Positions 25,045-39,134 are shown, numbered from the stretch's first letter. The stretch is 64,000 bases of DNA from Octopus sinensis (GCF_006345805.1 NC_042998.1:51832001-51896000), one strand, 5' to 3'. Numbers and translations: made by a program. The notes: generated by a model from the sequence alone, not told the origin.

Positions 25045-25950
25045 TTTTCATAGAGGTGCAGAAAACTTTGAAAAACTATAACCTTCAGTGGAATCAACTT
25101 CGGTGTATTACTGTCAATAGGGGGAAAATATGGCAGGAGTGAGGAAAGGTTTAGTAGGGTGGATCCAGACCAAGTTGGAGGAGCTTCAACTTCCAAAAGA
25201 TCTGTTTATACACTGCATTATACATCAGCAAGCACTCTGTGGAAAACCCTTAAATATTTCTTGTGTACTAAAACTGGTTGCAACTGTGGTGAACTTTATT
25301 CAGAATCATAGGCTTAATCACCGACAGTTCCAGGCTTTCCTTGAAAAAACGGATTCTAATTTCTGTGACTTGCTTTACTACACAAAAGTGAGATGGCTCA
25401 GCTGTGGTAAAGTCCTGTTTCGTTTTGATAAGCTCTGAAGAGAAATAGATCTTTTTCGCACCGATAAGAATACAGCTGTCAGATCCTTCATAGTTATCAA
25501 AATTGTCATTTTTAGTTGACGTCACTTCACAAATGAATAAATTGAATTTAAAACTGCAAGGAAAAACTAACCTTGTCTATGACCTCTACAGAATTATTAC
25601 AGCATTTCGGAGAAAGCTATCAATGTTTGAAGCACAACTTGAAGGAGGAAACTTCTCTTATTCTCAGTGTTTTCAAGAGTTTTGCACAGAAAATGTGGAA
25701 CATGTTAACCTTGAGTTTCACGAAAAATTTATTTGGGACTTAAATGAGCATTTTTCTCAAAAATTTTCAGCTCTTGACAGAATTGAGAATGAAATTCTTT
25801 TGTTTGAGAATCCCTACGGCTGTATTCATGATAACATGCCAACTGAACTACAACTGGAGCTTATTGACTTGTAAACTAATACCTTGTTGAAAGAGAAGCA
25901 CAGAGAAAAAAAATCATTGAATTTTATCACTGCTTGCCTGCTGATGAGTA
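25045..25950 (+). mobile_element. hAT (Buster/SPIN-like) transposase fragment, disabled
   Basis: HCIIHQQALC, YTKVRWLSCGKVLFRF, FLVDVTSQMNKLNLKLQG and LQLELIDL; stops at 25436 and 25872. Confidence 0.9.
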
Positions 25951-27394
25951 ACACAATGGCTAAGTAACACAATGACAAGCAGAATTATTGGTGAATAGTT
26001 AACAAATTTGTTTTCCAACCATTATGTTCTGGATTTGGTCTCACCACATGACATCTTGGGAAAGCCAGGTGGTGGGTGAGTCTAATTTTTCATAGCTTGT
26101 AAAGGATATTTTTATAGTTAATTTCTGTTATTTGAGGTTGCTTATAGCATGAATGAAGCTGAACAATTGTAACTTGTCTCTTGGATTAAGGGAAAATCTT
26201 GCCTCTCACAATATAGAAACATTTCTCATGACACCAGCTGACAAAATGGAAAAAAGTGTTGCCCCAGAGGATAGTGAAGGAGATGTGCTGGAACAGCCAC
26301 TCTGACTCATGGAGCTGGTCATCTATTAACTTGTTCGTTAAGTCCAATGTTAATTCAATAAGCAAGTAATTCAGCTGATCAAACATTCGAATTCTCTTCT
26401 CTGAATATGACTGAGATCCATTCATATATGCATGTGGAGGCACATGGCCTAGTCGTTAGAGCAGCAGACTCATGGTCGAGGGATCGTGGATTCGAATCTC
26501 AGACCGGGCAGTGTGTGCGAAACACCTAAGCTCCACGTGGTTCCGGCAGAAGGTAATGGCAAACTTCTGCTGACTCTTTCACCACAACTTTCTCTCACTC
26601 TTTCCTCCTGCATCTTGCAGCTCACCTGCGACGGACTGACGTCCCGTCCAGGTGGGGAACCTATATACCAAGGAAACCGGGAAACCAGCCCTTATGAGCC
26701 AGGCATGGCTCGAGAAAGAACAAACAAAAACATTCATATATGCACATATACACACATGTGTGCGCACACACACACACACACACGCACACACACACATACA
26801 GAAGTTTGCCCACACATACACACATGCATATGCATGCAATCACATAAGCACACGCATACATGCGGGCACTCACACAAACACACATGTGTATATGTGTTTA
26901 TTTATATTGGCTAAGCTGAACACCATAGAAATTCAAATAGAATATTGTGACCTCAAGTTCAACTACATGTTAGGGAAGAAAAGTAGTTTCAACTAAGAAC
27001 TGATACTATTATGGTCTTAAATTGCTGGAAGCTTAGACTTTAATCTTTCAACATCTCCTCCTCCTCCGCCTTTACTATACTTTATTATAATTATGCTACA
27101 GCAGCCAGCTGCATTAATTAGATCACCTACTTATCAAAAATTGTGAATTACATCTTGTAGACCGTTTATGAAGTTCATTGACATTATTTTACAAGTGGCT
27201 CTGCTGCTAAAAACTTCTGTATGTCTGATGTGTCTGAAGTCTTAATTTTCTGTCAATGTGCAGCACATCCCACTGCACCTATTGCAAACACATGCACACA
27301 TGCACACTCTTGCAAAGTGCACATGTACTCAGTTCCTATCTACACCATTCCTACATATACAAGGGAGTGCTGAAAAGTTCCTGGCTTTAAGAGG

Positions 27395-30300
27395 TGGTGA
27401 GCCCTATGCAATGACCTCAAATCTAATCATCCAAAACATTTTAATGAAAAGGTCATTACAAACTAAAGTCCCACAAAAACCCACTCCAAACACTGCATTG
27501 GCTAATTTTGAGAAAGATCTACTACATATATTAAAAAACATTAAATTCTCTAATTATATTAATTCCTTCCAGAAAGAACTATCCAAAATTACATCCAAAA
27601 TAAGAACTTCACCACGTCTGCATGTCTTTGCTGATAAAACTGCAATCTTTACTCCCTTCTCTTGGAAACATATACTAATCTCATATCAAAGGAACCAAAC
27701 ACAAATTATAAACATGCACAGAGAAATGCTCTTAAGGAGATTAATAACATCCACTGTAAGCTCATTGCTAATCTAAATTTACTAAATAGAAATGAACCAT
27801 ATACACTTAAAACCCCTTCACTTCACCCTGAAGTAGCACAAATCTAACTTCTACTCTAAGCCTTCCATTAGACTCCTCTGCTCCACTAAATCTGGCTTTG
27901 GTTGAATTAGTAAATGTATTATTGACTGTATTCTATCCCTTGTTAGAAATAACATTAAGCTTCCACTCTGGAATTGCACTGGAAACGTCATCACTTGGTT
28001 TCACTCTCTTCACGATAAACAACACACACATTTTCTTCAGTTTGACATCTCAAATTATTACTCATCAATGTGGTTGGCGTTAGGAAGGGCATCCAGCCGT
28101 AGAAACACTGCCAGATCTGACTGGGCCTGACGAAGCCTTCCAGCTTCACAGACCCCAGTTGACCCGTCCAACCCATGCTAGCATGGAAAGCGGACGCTAA
28201 ACGATCACCAATTCTCCTACATAAAGCTGTAATCTTTGCCTGAAAATATCCTCCCGTCCCCCGATTGAACATCAATATCATCCTGGCTGTTAGGGAGACT
28301 CTAATTTACTTTAAGAATAATTATTGGACCTGCAACTCATCTATGGTTTACGTTGATATAATCATGGGCACCTCAGACTCAGCCCAGGTTACCAACCTTG
28401 TTGGCCTATTCCTTCTTGCTCAAATTAAACAATACTTCCCCAACCTACCCAGCGGACTATACAGAGATGATGCATTCCTTCCAGCAACTGGATTATCTCA
28501 GCTATCAGAGGAATGCACCAAGAAAGCCCAACACAAATTTTTTAAAACTATAACTTCAGTATTTCATTCGAAATTAACACTAAGGTGGCCAATTTCTTAG
28601 ATGTTACTCTCAACTTAAACACAAATCTATACCACCCTTTCCATAAATTCAACCAATGTCCTCTCTATCCCCACCAAACTTACACTTAATAGTAGTGGCA
28701 GGCATATCTATCAGAGTCTCTAACTTATCTGCTATAGAAGAAATTTTTAACACTCACACCCCTTATTATAATCAGGCCCTCCAAATAAGTGGCTTCCATG
28801 AAAAAAATCTATTATATCTTTAACACTAAGCTTAAAACTAAAATGGCATATCTCTTCCCCAGTACTAACCCTGAACCTATGGACACTACTTCTACTCTAC
28901 ACCAATCCAACAACTTCCCCCCAAAAACCCACACATCATACTTGACCACACCACTGACCACCCTGAGCCTATAACAACTACAAGCCCCACCCTTCTGATC
29001 AGTCCACTATAACCATATGCTATAAACAGTCTAAGGCCAAGAAGTGGGAAATCTTGTAGTTTGCACCACCTTTCTCTCTCCAAGTTAAATCTCTACCTAA
29101 ATTCTTCTTTAAAATCCTAAACTCTAATTTTCCCCCACAGCATACATACTACCCCATCTTTAACAAATCTTCAGTGAAAATCTCCCACTCCACCACACCT
29201 AATTTTGGATCCATAACCATCTTGAACAAATGCAAACTCCAACACCACTCCTCTGAACATCTAAACTCTCACACTGCACCCCAAATTAGCCCGCATAATA
29301 GCAATAACACAATCTTTAATAACTCACCTCAATTAAATAATTGAGGTAAGTCAAGCCATCATCCCACAATCCTAGCTATGCATCAACAAATACTAGCTCC
29401 AATATCAATTCCCAATCCAATACAAATACAAATTACACTTTGGGTTCTCCCCCACTAACAACAAACCAGCCGAGCTCAGCTTCACTAGTAGTAAACTCCT
29501 ACCATGGAACAGGTGGGAAAATGTGCAATTGTCGTGCATTTTAATTATGTCCTCTTGGAGTCTCCTGTTTATGCAAAAATGTAATCTACAAGTGCCATGT
29601 TATAACACAATGCTCCCACCAAGCCAGGGTATATATTGGCAGCACCGTAGATTGCACTGCCACCAGGCACACATAAATTCTTTCACTAATCCAAATTTTA
29701 AATTATCAATCTCCTTAGTAACGTACATGCACAACCTCAAATCACAAAATATTCCACACACCCTATCCTGGTCCATAGTAAGTGAAGCTTTCCTATGCAA
29801 TGCAAATATTGGTAAATGTAAGTTATGTCTAAAAGAACCATTAACCGTTCTTTGCCTTCATAACTCCTCATTACCTAATAGATTTTATCATGTTATTTAT
29901 TCTTGTAAACACAAGTACTATTCATCTTTCATGCACTTTGCCAAATCTATATAAACCTATAAGTTTCTATACCCCCAAAAACCTTAAATAAAACAAAGTC
30001 ATCTTATTCTTTCTCATACACACATCTCAAATTTCCTCCAAATCTTCAAATCAACCACTTCCCACTTCTCTCTTAGCCGTCCTACCCTCAAACAGTACTT
30101 AACAAAACACACTCTTTTGAAAACTAACCAATCTGCCTTTACCCCTCCCTACCCACACCTCTCTATTCAATTTCATAGTCCTCTCCTTACCATAACACCT
30201 CTCTCCAATACTAACCCAGCTCCTTTGTCCCACTAACAACTACTTTTGACCACTTTCTCACCCCACTCAGCTACTTTACCAGTCAACTCATTTCCCTCAA

Positions 30301-30530
30301 ATAATAACCATCCCCTTTCACCTTTAACTCTATAGCCTACAAACTAACACAAAGGTCATCATTCACTCCTAACTGTGTAAGTCAGATTATTTTATATACA
30401 ATAGATATGTACATTTTTTGTATTAAATGTATTTATTATTCTGTGTAAATTGACTTGCCTAACTTGCTTGTCCTTACATTTACTCCTGTACCTGCTCAAG
30501 AGCAAATCTTTTTAGCGCTATGTAGTGTAT
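27395..30530 (+). mobile_element. Old, heavily degenerate Penelope-like element of a second family
   Basis: VFADKT, IIMGTSDSAQVTNLVGLFLL, GLYRDD (about 28460), NFLDVTLNL; C-terminal VIYKCHV...VYIG, W.I, CKLCLKE, SCKH typical of PLE GIY-YIG. An RTE tail is inserted at about 28060-28205. Confidence 0.85.
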
Positions 30531-30553
30531 TCTATATAGAGAATACATGTCAC

Positions 30554-30596
<43 letters not shown>

Positions 30597-31908
30597 ATCT
30601 ATCTATCTCTATACTTACACACACATACACACACACACACAAGTAGGTGGAGGTATTACTGAAAAATTCCTGGCTTTAAGAGTATCACAAAAGTTCTTGT
30701 TGGAGGCCCAACCTTCTAAGTTCTTTTATGGGGTTTAAAAAAAATTAAGAATCACTGCAATAAGTGTGTGAATCTGAGGGGGTAATATGTTGAATAAAAT
30801 CATAATTAACTGATTCTCTTGTATTTTCTTTTACCCAAAGCCAGAAACTTTCCAGCATCCTTTCAAAGGCATTGATACTTCTCAAGTAATACCAAGATCT
30901 TGTTCTCTCTGTTACTGGTGGATTCTTGGACTCTTGGTTCTAATCCATTCTTATGATTATTGCATTTCTTCTAATGTTCCCTAGCAGTTTTCACCAGGCC
31001 ATTCATCAGTATGGAACTAGTCTCTGTGAAGGTGAGTGGTTTAGTTGCTAAGCTGGCTAACCCTTGATTGTGGAGTCATGAGTTCAACCCCCGAATCAAG
31101 CAAGGTCTCTCACTTCATGTTTCTCCAATCCATTCAATTTAAAATGCATTATGTATGCTGTTGAGTGTTGTTTCACAGATTATTGTCCCCAAATCTTGCA
31201 AATGTAAGATGTCAATAGCTCTTGATGGTTGTGGTACACTGTATGATTTGTAACATCCTGTGGGCTTTCTGCAAAGAATGAAATACAAAGAAATGACTTC
31301 AGGATGTGTATATATAACTGACTGCTAAATTTTCAAATCAATTCAACACCAATTCTTTTCTTGCTTACAAAACTATTGTACATAGTATATGTGGTACTCA
31401 TAAGCCTAACAACTGATGTCTTTCTCAATAATCATCAAGCTACAATGTCAGGACATTCAGATCACTGAGGTAGAATTGGTACAGCCTTGACCAACACATT
31501 CATGGGAAGCTTGATTATTTCCATGTTAAGTCAATAAGCAGATAATACTGTTACTGAACAACCAAATCCCCATCACTGAAACAGATCTATTCTTCCATAT
31601 ACACAAACATGTTGGCTGTTGGCTCATTAAACAAGTATGAGCATGGCTGACAAAATAAAATGTATTACAGTATTACATATTGTAAGAATAGCAATGGCTC
31701 TTGAATCTTGCCAGTGACTTACAGAACTTGTTGTGGGTTTGACATTCATGCAAATTCTTCTGACTTCTTGGCTGTCCTGGAGCATTTTGGTGATTTTATC
31801 TGTGCATCTACATGTGCCTGGATAAACATACATACATACATACATACATGCATACATACATACATACATACATACATACATACATACATACATACATGCA
31901 TGCATGCA

Positions 31909-31942
<34 letters not shown>

Positions 31943-32004
31943 CATACATACACACACACACACATACACGCACACATGCACACACACACACACACACAGT
32001 TGGA

Positions 32005-32285
32005 AATCAGCTAACCTTTGGATATGAATGTAGTTAGAAAAATACAAGAGGAAGAGAACATCTATGGACCATTGGCAAAGAGTTTGCAAATTCAGTACCC
32101 AGGATACACTTTCAGCTTTGTACCTGCTATCATTGGAGCAACAGGATACATACCAGCTGGTCTGGAACAAAGTATAGCTGAAATTGGGAGCTTGGGGAGA
32201 TAATGCAAATCATATACTATAAATGATCACAATATTTGGGATTATAAAAATCTGCAAGACCTTCTCAAGATTTAAAGAATGATGA
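32005..32285 (+). mobile_element. RLE-type (R4/Dong- or HERO-like) LINE C-terminal fragment
   Basis: DMNVVRKIQEEENIYGPLAKSLQIQYPGYTFSFVPAIIGATG; related fragments at 33840-34080 (+), 47850-48300 (+, RPDVVVW) and 61195-61385 (-). Confidence 0.75.
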
Positions 32286-32894
32286 ACTAAATGAGATGCT
32301 TTCCTTCACAACTTTGCTACTAAATAGGTGACCAGTCAAAATTTACTCTAAATTAAGAAGAGAAAAAGAAGATCATATATGCATGCACTCATACAAACAA
32401 AACATGTATGTATAGTCTTGAATTGTTAGAAGCTTATATTTTAATCCTTCAACACCTCCTCTTCTTAATCTTTTACTATACTTTATTAATAATTATGCTA
32501 TAGCAACCAGCAAACCTGGATGTGAAATACTGAGCATACTGTAAAAAGACTATGCATAGGTATGTTTCCTAAAGATTAGAAGATGATAGTAATTCCAACA
32601 CAAAGTGCAGCCTCTCTTGGACTTATGACTAATTCTGCTTTGAAGTTATGCATTTGTAATTGAAGAACAGGAGACTGCTATAGAATATCTAGTTAATAAA
32701 AAGATAGTAAAGCCTTCGGAGTCCTAAAATTTAACTGAGAAGGTAGATCATGTCACATTTCTGTGGAAACATTATTCATGGGATTAGCATTTAACCAAAA
32801 ATGCCATCAAGATACCAGCCAAAAAAAGACTGTCTTAGAAAAAATGTAGAGAATGCCCTCCATTCAGTTCTATATTTAAGAGATGAAGAAATAT

Positions 32895-33003
32895 GTACAT
32901 TATTTACATTGTTTACATTTTCTACATTCGTTGGATATTTGCCCTCATCTTGTTTCGGTATCTTGGGGAAATTTCAAACCTGGGTTCTCGTTCCTATGGT
33001 ATT
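32895..33003 (-). mobile_element. Inverted, internally deleted copy of the 3' tail of the adjacent SINE-like element
   Basis: Reverse complement AATACC.TAGGAA.GAGAACCCAGGTT..AAATTTCCCCAAGA.A-CCGAAAC-AAGATGAGG.CAAATATC...AATGTAAATAATGTA matches 33287-33430 with two deletions. Confidence 0.9.
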
Positions 33004-33005
33004 AT

Positions 33006-33139
33006 GCCCGTGGGCATATGGCATAGTGGTTAAGAGCACGGGCTACTAACCCCAAGATTCCGAGTTCAATTCCAAGCAGTGACCTGAATAACAACAACAA
33101 CAACAACAACAACAGCAACAACAGCAACAACAGCAACAA

Positions 33140-33171
<32 letters not shown>

Positions 33172-33433
33172 ACAACAACAACAACAGCAACAACAACAAC
33201 AACAACAACAACAGCAACAACAGCAACAACAGCAACAACAGCAGCAGCAGCAGCAACAACAACAACAACAACAATAATAACATTGAAAAATACCTTAGGA
33301 ATGAGAACCCAGGTTCAAAATTTCCCCAAGACACCTGAAGAAAGCTGGAAGGTATATCAGCCGAAACGTGTAAACAACTAACAAGATGAGGACAAATATC
33401 GTCGAATGTAAATAATGTAAATAATGTAAATAA
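33006..33433 (+). mobile_element. tRNA-headed SINE-like element with (CAA/CAG)n spacer and hammerhead-bearing tail
   Basis: A-box TGGCATAGTGGTT, anticodon-arm-like GGCTACTAACC, B-box GAGTTCAATTCC; about 65 trinucleotides; hammerhead-like core 33331-33371; (TGTAAATAA)3 terminus. Confidence 0.8.
33331..33371 (+). ncRNA. Type I hammerhead ribozyme motif, probably decayed in this copy
   Basis: ACAC-CTGAAGA-A-AGCTG-GAAGGTATAT-CAGCC-GAAA-CGT-GT: intact core, extra A, helix II GCTG/CAGC with A-C at the base, ACGT helix III; H17 and part of helix I appear deleted. Confidence 0.6.
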
Positions 33434-33599
33434 TATACCCTTCAATATTGAATACTTACACAAACAACAACAAAAGAAATATTGGTGGAACATTCCAGTC
33501 AACACTACTATCATAACAGGTTAGATATTGTTATATGGAACAAGCAAGAAAGTGTATGTACTGTCATAGTGAATATCTGTGTAGTGAATATCTCCTTAA

Positions 33600-33820
33600 C
33601 CCTTTCGTTACTGTATTTATTTTGAGATGCTCTGTATTTCTTTCAATTACTTTAAATATAACAAAGAATTTAACAAAAATAACTTAGTTATCATTCAGCT
33701 AGTGCTAGGAACATAAATTGTGACTAAGGTTTGGTGGAAGATTTTAATACAAAACTTATGAAAACAAGACATTTGTACTCAGAGCCAGAGCCGGTTTCAG
33801 CTGGATTGGTAACGAAGGGG
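33600..33820. mobile_element. piggyBac-like MITE
   Basis: TTAA|CCCTTTCGTTAC...GTAACGAAGGGG|TTAA (TTAA TSD, 12-bp TIR with one mismatch). Confidence 0.85.
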
Positions 33821-34266
33821 TTAAATATCAAAGAGAAAGCGGATATCTGTGGATGACTGCTTCAAAACCTCTTGCTTCAATATCCTGATTATAAATTCAT
33901 ATTTATACTGATAATAATTTTTGCACTTGGTTTTGCGAGTAAATGCCTAAGTGACAATCTGGATAAGCTAAGATTTTCTGAAAAAGAAATCAACCAAAGG
34001 ATCTGCACATTACAAATGCAATCTGTCAGTGGAAACAGTAAAATTATGAGAGGCTTTTTCTCAAGTGACCAAATGTGAATTTGTTTTAGTTATCAACATT
34101 CCAACAATGGCGCTTTGTATCTTTGTTAGAAAGCAGCTCCTTCCTTAGAGGAAAATTTCAAATATTGAATAATTCAAAATAGAACAGAACATACATACAT
34201 ACAATACATATATACATACATACATGTCCACATGCATGCACTCATGCACACACACACAAACACACA

Positions 34267-34298
<32 letters not shown>

Positions 34299-36299
34299 TT
34301 TTTTCTCTAACAATGTATGTTTCAAAGCTGTTATCAATATGAAAATATTCAGAATTGGTAACAAGAAAGCTTTATCTGATTATGCAGTAATGAAAATAAT
34401 GATCATAGGTGTTTCCAACTATGCCCATTTTATCTTTTATTTAGATAAAGTGCATCTAGGACAAGGGTCAACAATAGATGGGCTGCAAATGTTCTCTGTT
34501 GGGCTCAAACCATTATTAAAACTTTTTCAAATTTAATGTATTTATCAGACAGCTTTTAGATTGACTTTTACGTCATGATTTGCTCAATTTTCACTTGCAA
34601 AAGCAGATGAACACCATCAATCTCTTATCTCCAGAATTCCTTCTGTATTGCTTGTGGTAGGGCGATCTTCAGTTGACAAGAATCTTCAATCCATTAGCCA
34701 GTAAATCTCTTGAGAAGATGATTTCTAGGTCACTTTCTATGTGTGGTGTTATTGGTGTTATGGGCTGTGATGAGCTATGTGGTGTTGGTGGATGGGCTTG
34801 CAGATGAGGTAGATAGAAGTACAGACTGCAGGGGCCTGTGGCAGAGTCACAGGGCATGTGTGGGCAGGAAGCATGGGTGGTCAGTTCGAGCAGAGATGAC
34901 AGCGAGCAGAGATGTGTTTATTTCTCAAGAGTGATCGCTCATTCCGCTGAGGTCAACAGGTAAGGCCTTTTGTATTTTTTTCTCCTGTTTACTTCTTTTT
35001 CTGTTGTCCTTTTCCTCCATCACACTACACTATGTACTGGTTCCACCATCAGTATTTGATTCATTGCTTCATCCTTACTAGAAAAGCAATGTCCACTGAA
35101 TCTCGGTCTTCTTTCCTTTATGGTGGGGGTAATTGTTGGAAGACTACCATAAAAAAAAAAACTTGGTTAGTTGTATGGGATTGCCATTTGATGCTAGGTG
35201 TTACTCTCAGAAGTCTTGTGTATGCACCATTTTTTAAAAAATTCCGGTGCCTTAGTTAGAGTCCCTGTATTGCAGTCTTGTAAGAGCATGGTTTCTATCA
35301 TGCTCATACTCTAACTGTATGCAAGAATTGCAAATATGGAAATGAAGGAATATATGAAGGTGTGCTGAAAAGTTCCTAACTTTGAGTAAAAGAAAATACA
35401 GGAGGAACTGTTAATTATGATTTTATCCAATGTATTCCCCTCAGATTCACACACTTATTGCAGTGGTCCTTCAGTTTTTCTAAGCCCTGTAAAAAAAATA
35501 AGAAGTTTGGTCCTTCAACCAAGCCTTTTACAATGCCCTTAAAACCAGAAACTTTACAGTACCCACTTGTATGTATGGATAATATTATGTATAAGATATA
35601 ATATAATATTTCGTGCGAGCCCTGAGAAAATGTAAAACAATATTCAAAAGTTACGTGTCTTGGTTTCAGAAACAGTGCAATGTTTAGGATATGATGCACT
35701 AATGACCCCTCAAATGGTTGTATGGTACCTTATGAACATGGCTGTGAAAGTCCTTTGGGTTGATAAACCTTTATTATAACTCTCAACTGATAAGAACCAT
35801 TACTTTTAACTGACTGAGTCAATCTTGTTCATGTACTAAGCATAAGAATAAAAGGAAATGGTGGAATATCTTTTACCCTTTTACTGCAGAAATCAGATGT
35901 GGCTGTATGGTAAGAAAGTTGCTACCCAGCTACATGGCTCTGGGTTCAGTCCCACTGTGTGGCACCCTGTGCAAGTGTTTTCTACTATAGCCTTGGGCTG
36001 GCCAAAGCCTTGTGAGTGGATTTAACAGACAGAAACTGCAAGAAGCCTGTCGTGTATATCTATATATATATGTTGCCAATGTCATGTAAATGGCACTCAT
36101 GAAATCATAGTTCTGGCCATTGCTAGTGTTGTGTAAAAGACACCCATGTTGGTAGCATGAAAAAGGCAACCATTACACTCTTGGAGTGGTTAGCATTAGG
36201 AAGGGCATCCAGCTGTAGAAACCATGCCAAATTAGACTGGAACCTGATGCAGCTCTCCTGCTCCAGTCAAACCATCTAACCCATGCTTGCAGACGTTAA

Positions 36300-36331
<32 letters not shown>

Positions 36332-37581
36332 GATGATGTATGTGAATGTCTGTGTTTGTCTCACCACCATTTGACAACTGGTGTTGGTGGGTTTATGTCC
36401 CCATAACTTAGTGGTTCAATAAAAGAGACTGATAGAGTAAGTATCAGTCTGAAAGATAAAATAAGTACTGGGGTGGATTCATTTGACTAAATAAAATTCC
36501 TCAAGACAGTGCTTCAGTATGGCTGCAATCCAATGAACAAAACAAGTAAAAGATAAAAGATACGAGATATATCCTCTCAGAATTTCATTATTCTTAGCTG
36601 CAGAAAGCAGTTTTATATACCAAATTAGCTTTTGTTGAGGAATGTCATGTTTGAAACTATTTTCTGTTGAAATATATGAAATTTATTGAGGCAACCTGTC
36701 TAGCAGAAAATACCAATTCTATTTTTTTGGTAGATATTTAACATTGTTACTGGAATAAACATGAAACTTAATTTTGCAGCGAAATGGTTAAAGTGATTTT
36801 GAAGCTAATTCTTACAGAATTTTCATCAACGAAGGAGTTTGTACATAGATATTCAGCCTACTAAAAGTAATGGTCATATTAGTTCGAACTGTATTCTATC
36901 ATCTTAAAAAAAAAAGAAGGAAGGACTTATTTATTTAGTCCAAGATGCAATGTCTGAAAATAAGATGAGATGATCATGACTAGAATATTTTTGATTATTG
37001 GTCTATCTGAACAAGAGTAAACTGGAGTTAACCAGCAGCAGCAGCAGCAGCAACAACAGCCATTTAAGAATTTGGACCTGGAGATCTCCATTTCCAGCGA
37101 CTTCGAGGGCCACTTCCCAGTGGTGTCGGGCGTCAACGAAGAGCCCTCGACTATAACAAGACGACCAAAGTTTTTTTTTCCCAAGGTCTGGGGTCTCCCA
37201 CCCCAAAGCTGTAGACCATCACCTAATCACCCTCACCCGTCTTGTTGCTTAACAACAACAACAACAACAACAGCAGCAGCAGCAGCAAAAACAACAACAA
37301 CAACAACGACAACAGCAATAACAACAACAATAACAACAGCAGCAGCAGCAGCAGCAAAAACAACAACAACAACAACAACGACAACAGCAATAACAACAAC
37401 AATGCTGCAATTTATGAAATTCTTGCAAGATTAGAAATCAGGGCCATGATGCAAAAGATAGTACTCTATGTACTTCTGGTCGATCTAACCAACTCTGTTG
37501 AAGGCAAAAAAAAACCCCCAAAAAACTTTAAGTATTGATGATAATGAGGTAGAGAGTATAAGAGATGTGATGATAAAGATT

Positions 37582-37640
<59 letters not shown>

Positions 37641-39074
37641 AACAGCAGTGATGACGTTGACACAGCTAACACTGTCACCAATGTAAATATTGATGCTACT
37701 TCTGATTTTGACATTTATCAATGCCATGATATTACAAGTCTTCCATTCAGACTGTTTCAGTGAAAAGAACACAAGAAAAACAAATGGAAAGAAAACTTTT
37801 ATTGCCAAAAATATACATTAACTTTCAATATTTTGGCATTATTTTGTTTTCAAAGACACATCAAATATTCCAAATGCAATGTAATTTTGTTTCATGTTTT
37901 TCCATCCAGGTATCCATCCATTTTCAAATGTAATGCTTGTTTATTCACATAAATTAATCGTGCATTATCTAACAGCTTTGAGATTTCGATGATGTCATTG
38001 TTTATATTTAGAAGGGCATTGTAGGGTAGGTGTGAGAGACCAGATCTGACTAGTTTCAACATGAAAGAGGTAAAATATTTGGGCCAGATAAGGCCTGTTT
38101 AAATGCTAAAGGATTAAACAGAAAGCCAGTTCATCGCTGGGTTACTCATTTACAGCTTAAGAACACAATGCACTGCCTATCTGGAAATTGAAACCATGAT
38201 TTTACAATCTTGAATGCAATGCTTTAACCACTAGGCCATGCATCTTCACATAATTTATCTAAGTGACAAAATTCAGTCATTAACTAATCTGCTTTTTATT
38301 TTCTTTCATTTACATTTAAAAAAAAAAAAATTAAAAAAATCGTACTTCTAGTTCTGAATTAATTACTAACAGGAAGTTGAGTCTAAAATAAGATTTTCTA
38401 TTCAGGAATCTGATACCTTATTAATAGCATTACTGCTGAGATACCTTTTGTCTGTGAGGAAACCAAATATGATTTTTTTCAAATATAGTTAAGATGTCTT
38501 ACAGAATTAATTACAAGATGCCTATGTCTTTTATTTTGCGTTTTTTTTTCAGTAAAATTCTTTAGTTTATGATTTTTTTCTTTGTTCAATGGCATATCTT
38601 AGTTTGATATTACCATTATATGAGATTAATTTCTCCTTAGAGAGATTTTCAACTATTTTCTGACAAAGTTGAATACCATATTTCATTGCATATAAGTGCA
38701 CATATTTTCCATAAATATGTTTCAAAAAATTACCCTGGATCCTATATGTAAAGTTGGGCTCATATTGCATTCTTTTCTGTACTAAAAAGACATATTTTCT
38801 TGAAATTGCACAGGCATGGCTGTGTGGTAAGTGGTTTGATTTCTAAGCACATGGTTCCAAGTTCATTCTCATTGCATGGCGTTTTATCTTGAGCTCCGAG
38901 CTGACCAAAGCTTTGTGAGTAGATTTGGTTGATGGAAACTGAAAGAAGCATGTTGTACGTATATGTGTGTGTATGTGTGTGCATGTGTGTATATGTGTAT
39001 GTATGTGTATGTGTGTGTGCATATATATGTATATATACACATATCTATCTATCTATCTATCTATATACACACAA

Positions 39075-39134
<60 letters not shown>

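Noticed and set aside
30480-30530. Possible hammerhead at the end of the second Penelope element
   Set aside because: No intact CUGANGA or GAAA; at best a decayed relic.
33010-33085. tRNA gene
   Set aside because: A and B boxes are present but there is no acceptor stem or full cloverleaf; it is a SINE head. The same applies to the other tRNA-like heads.
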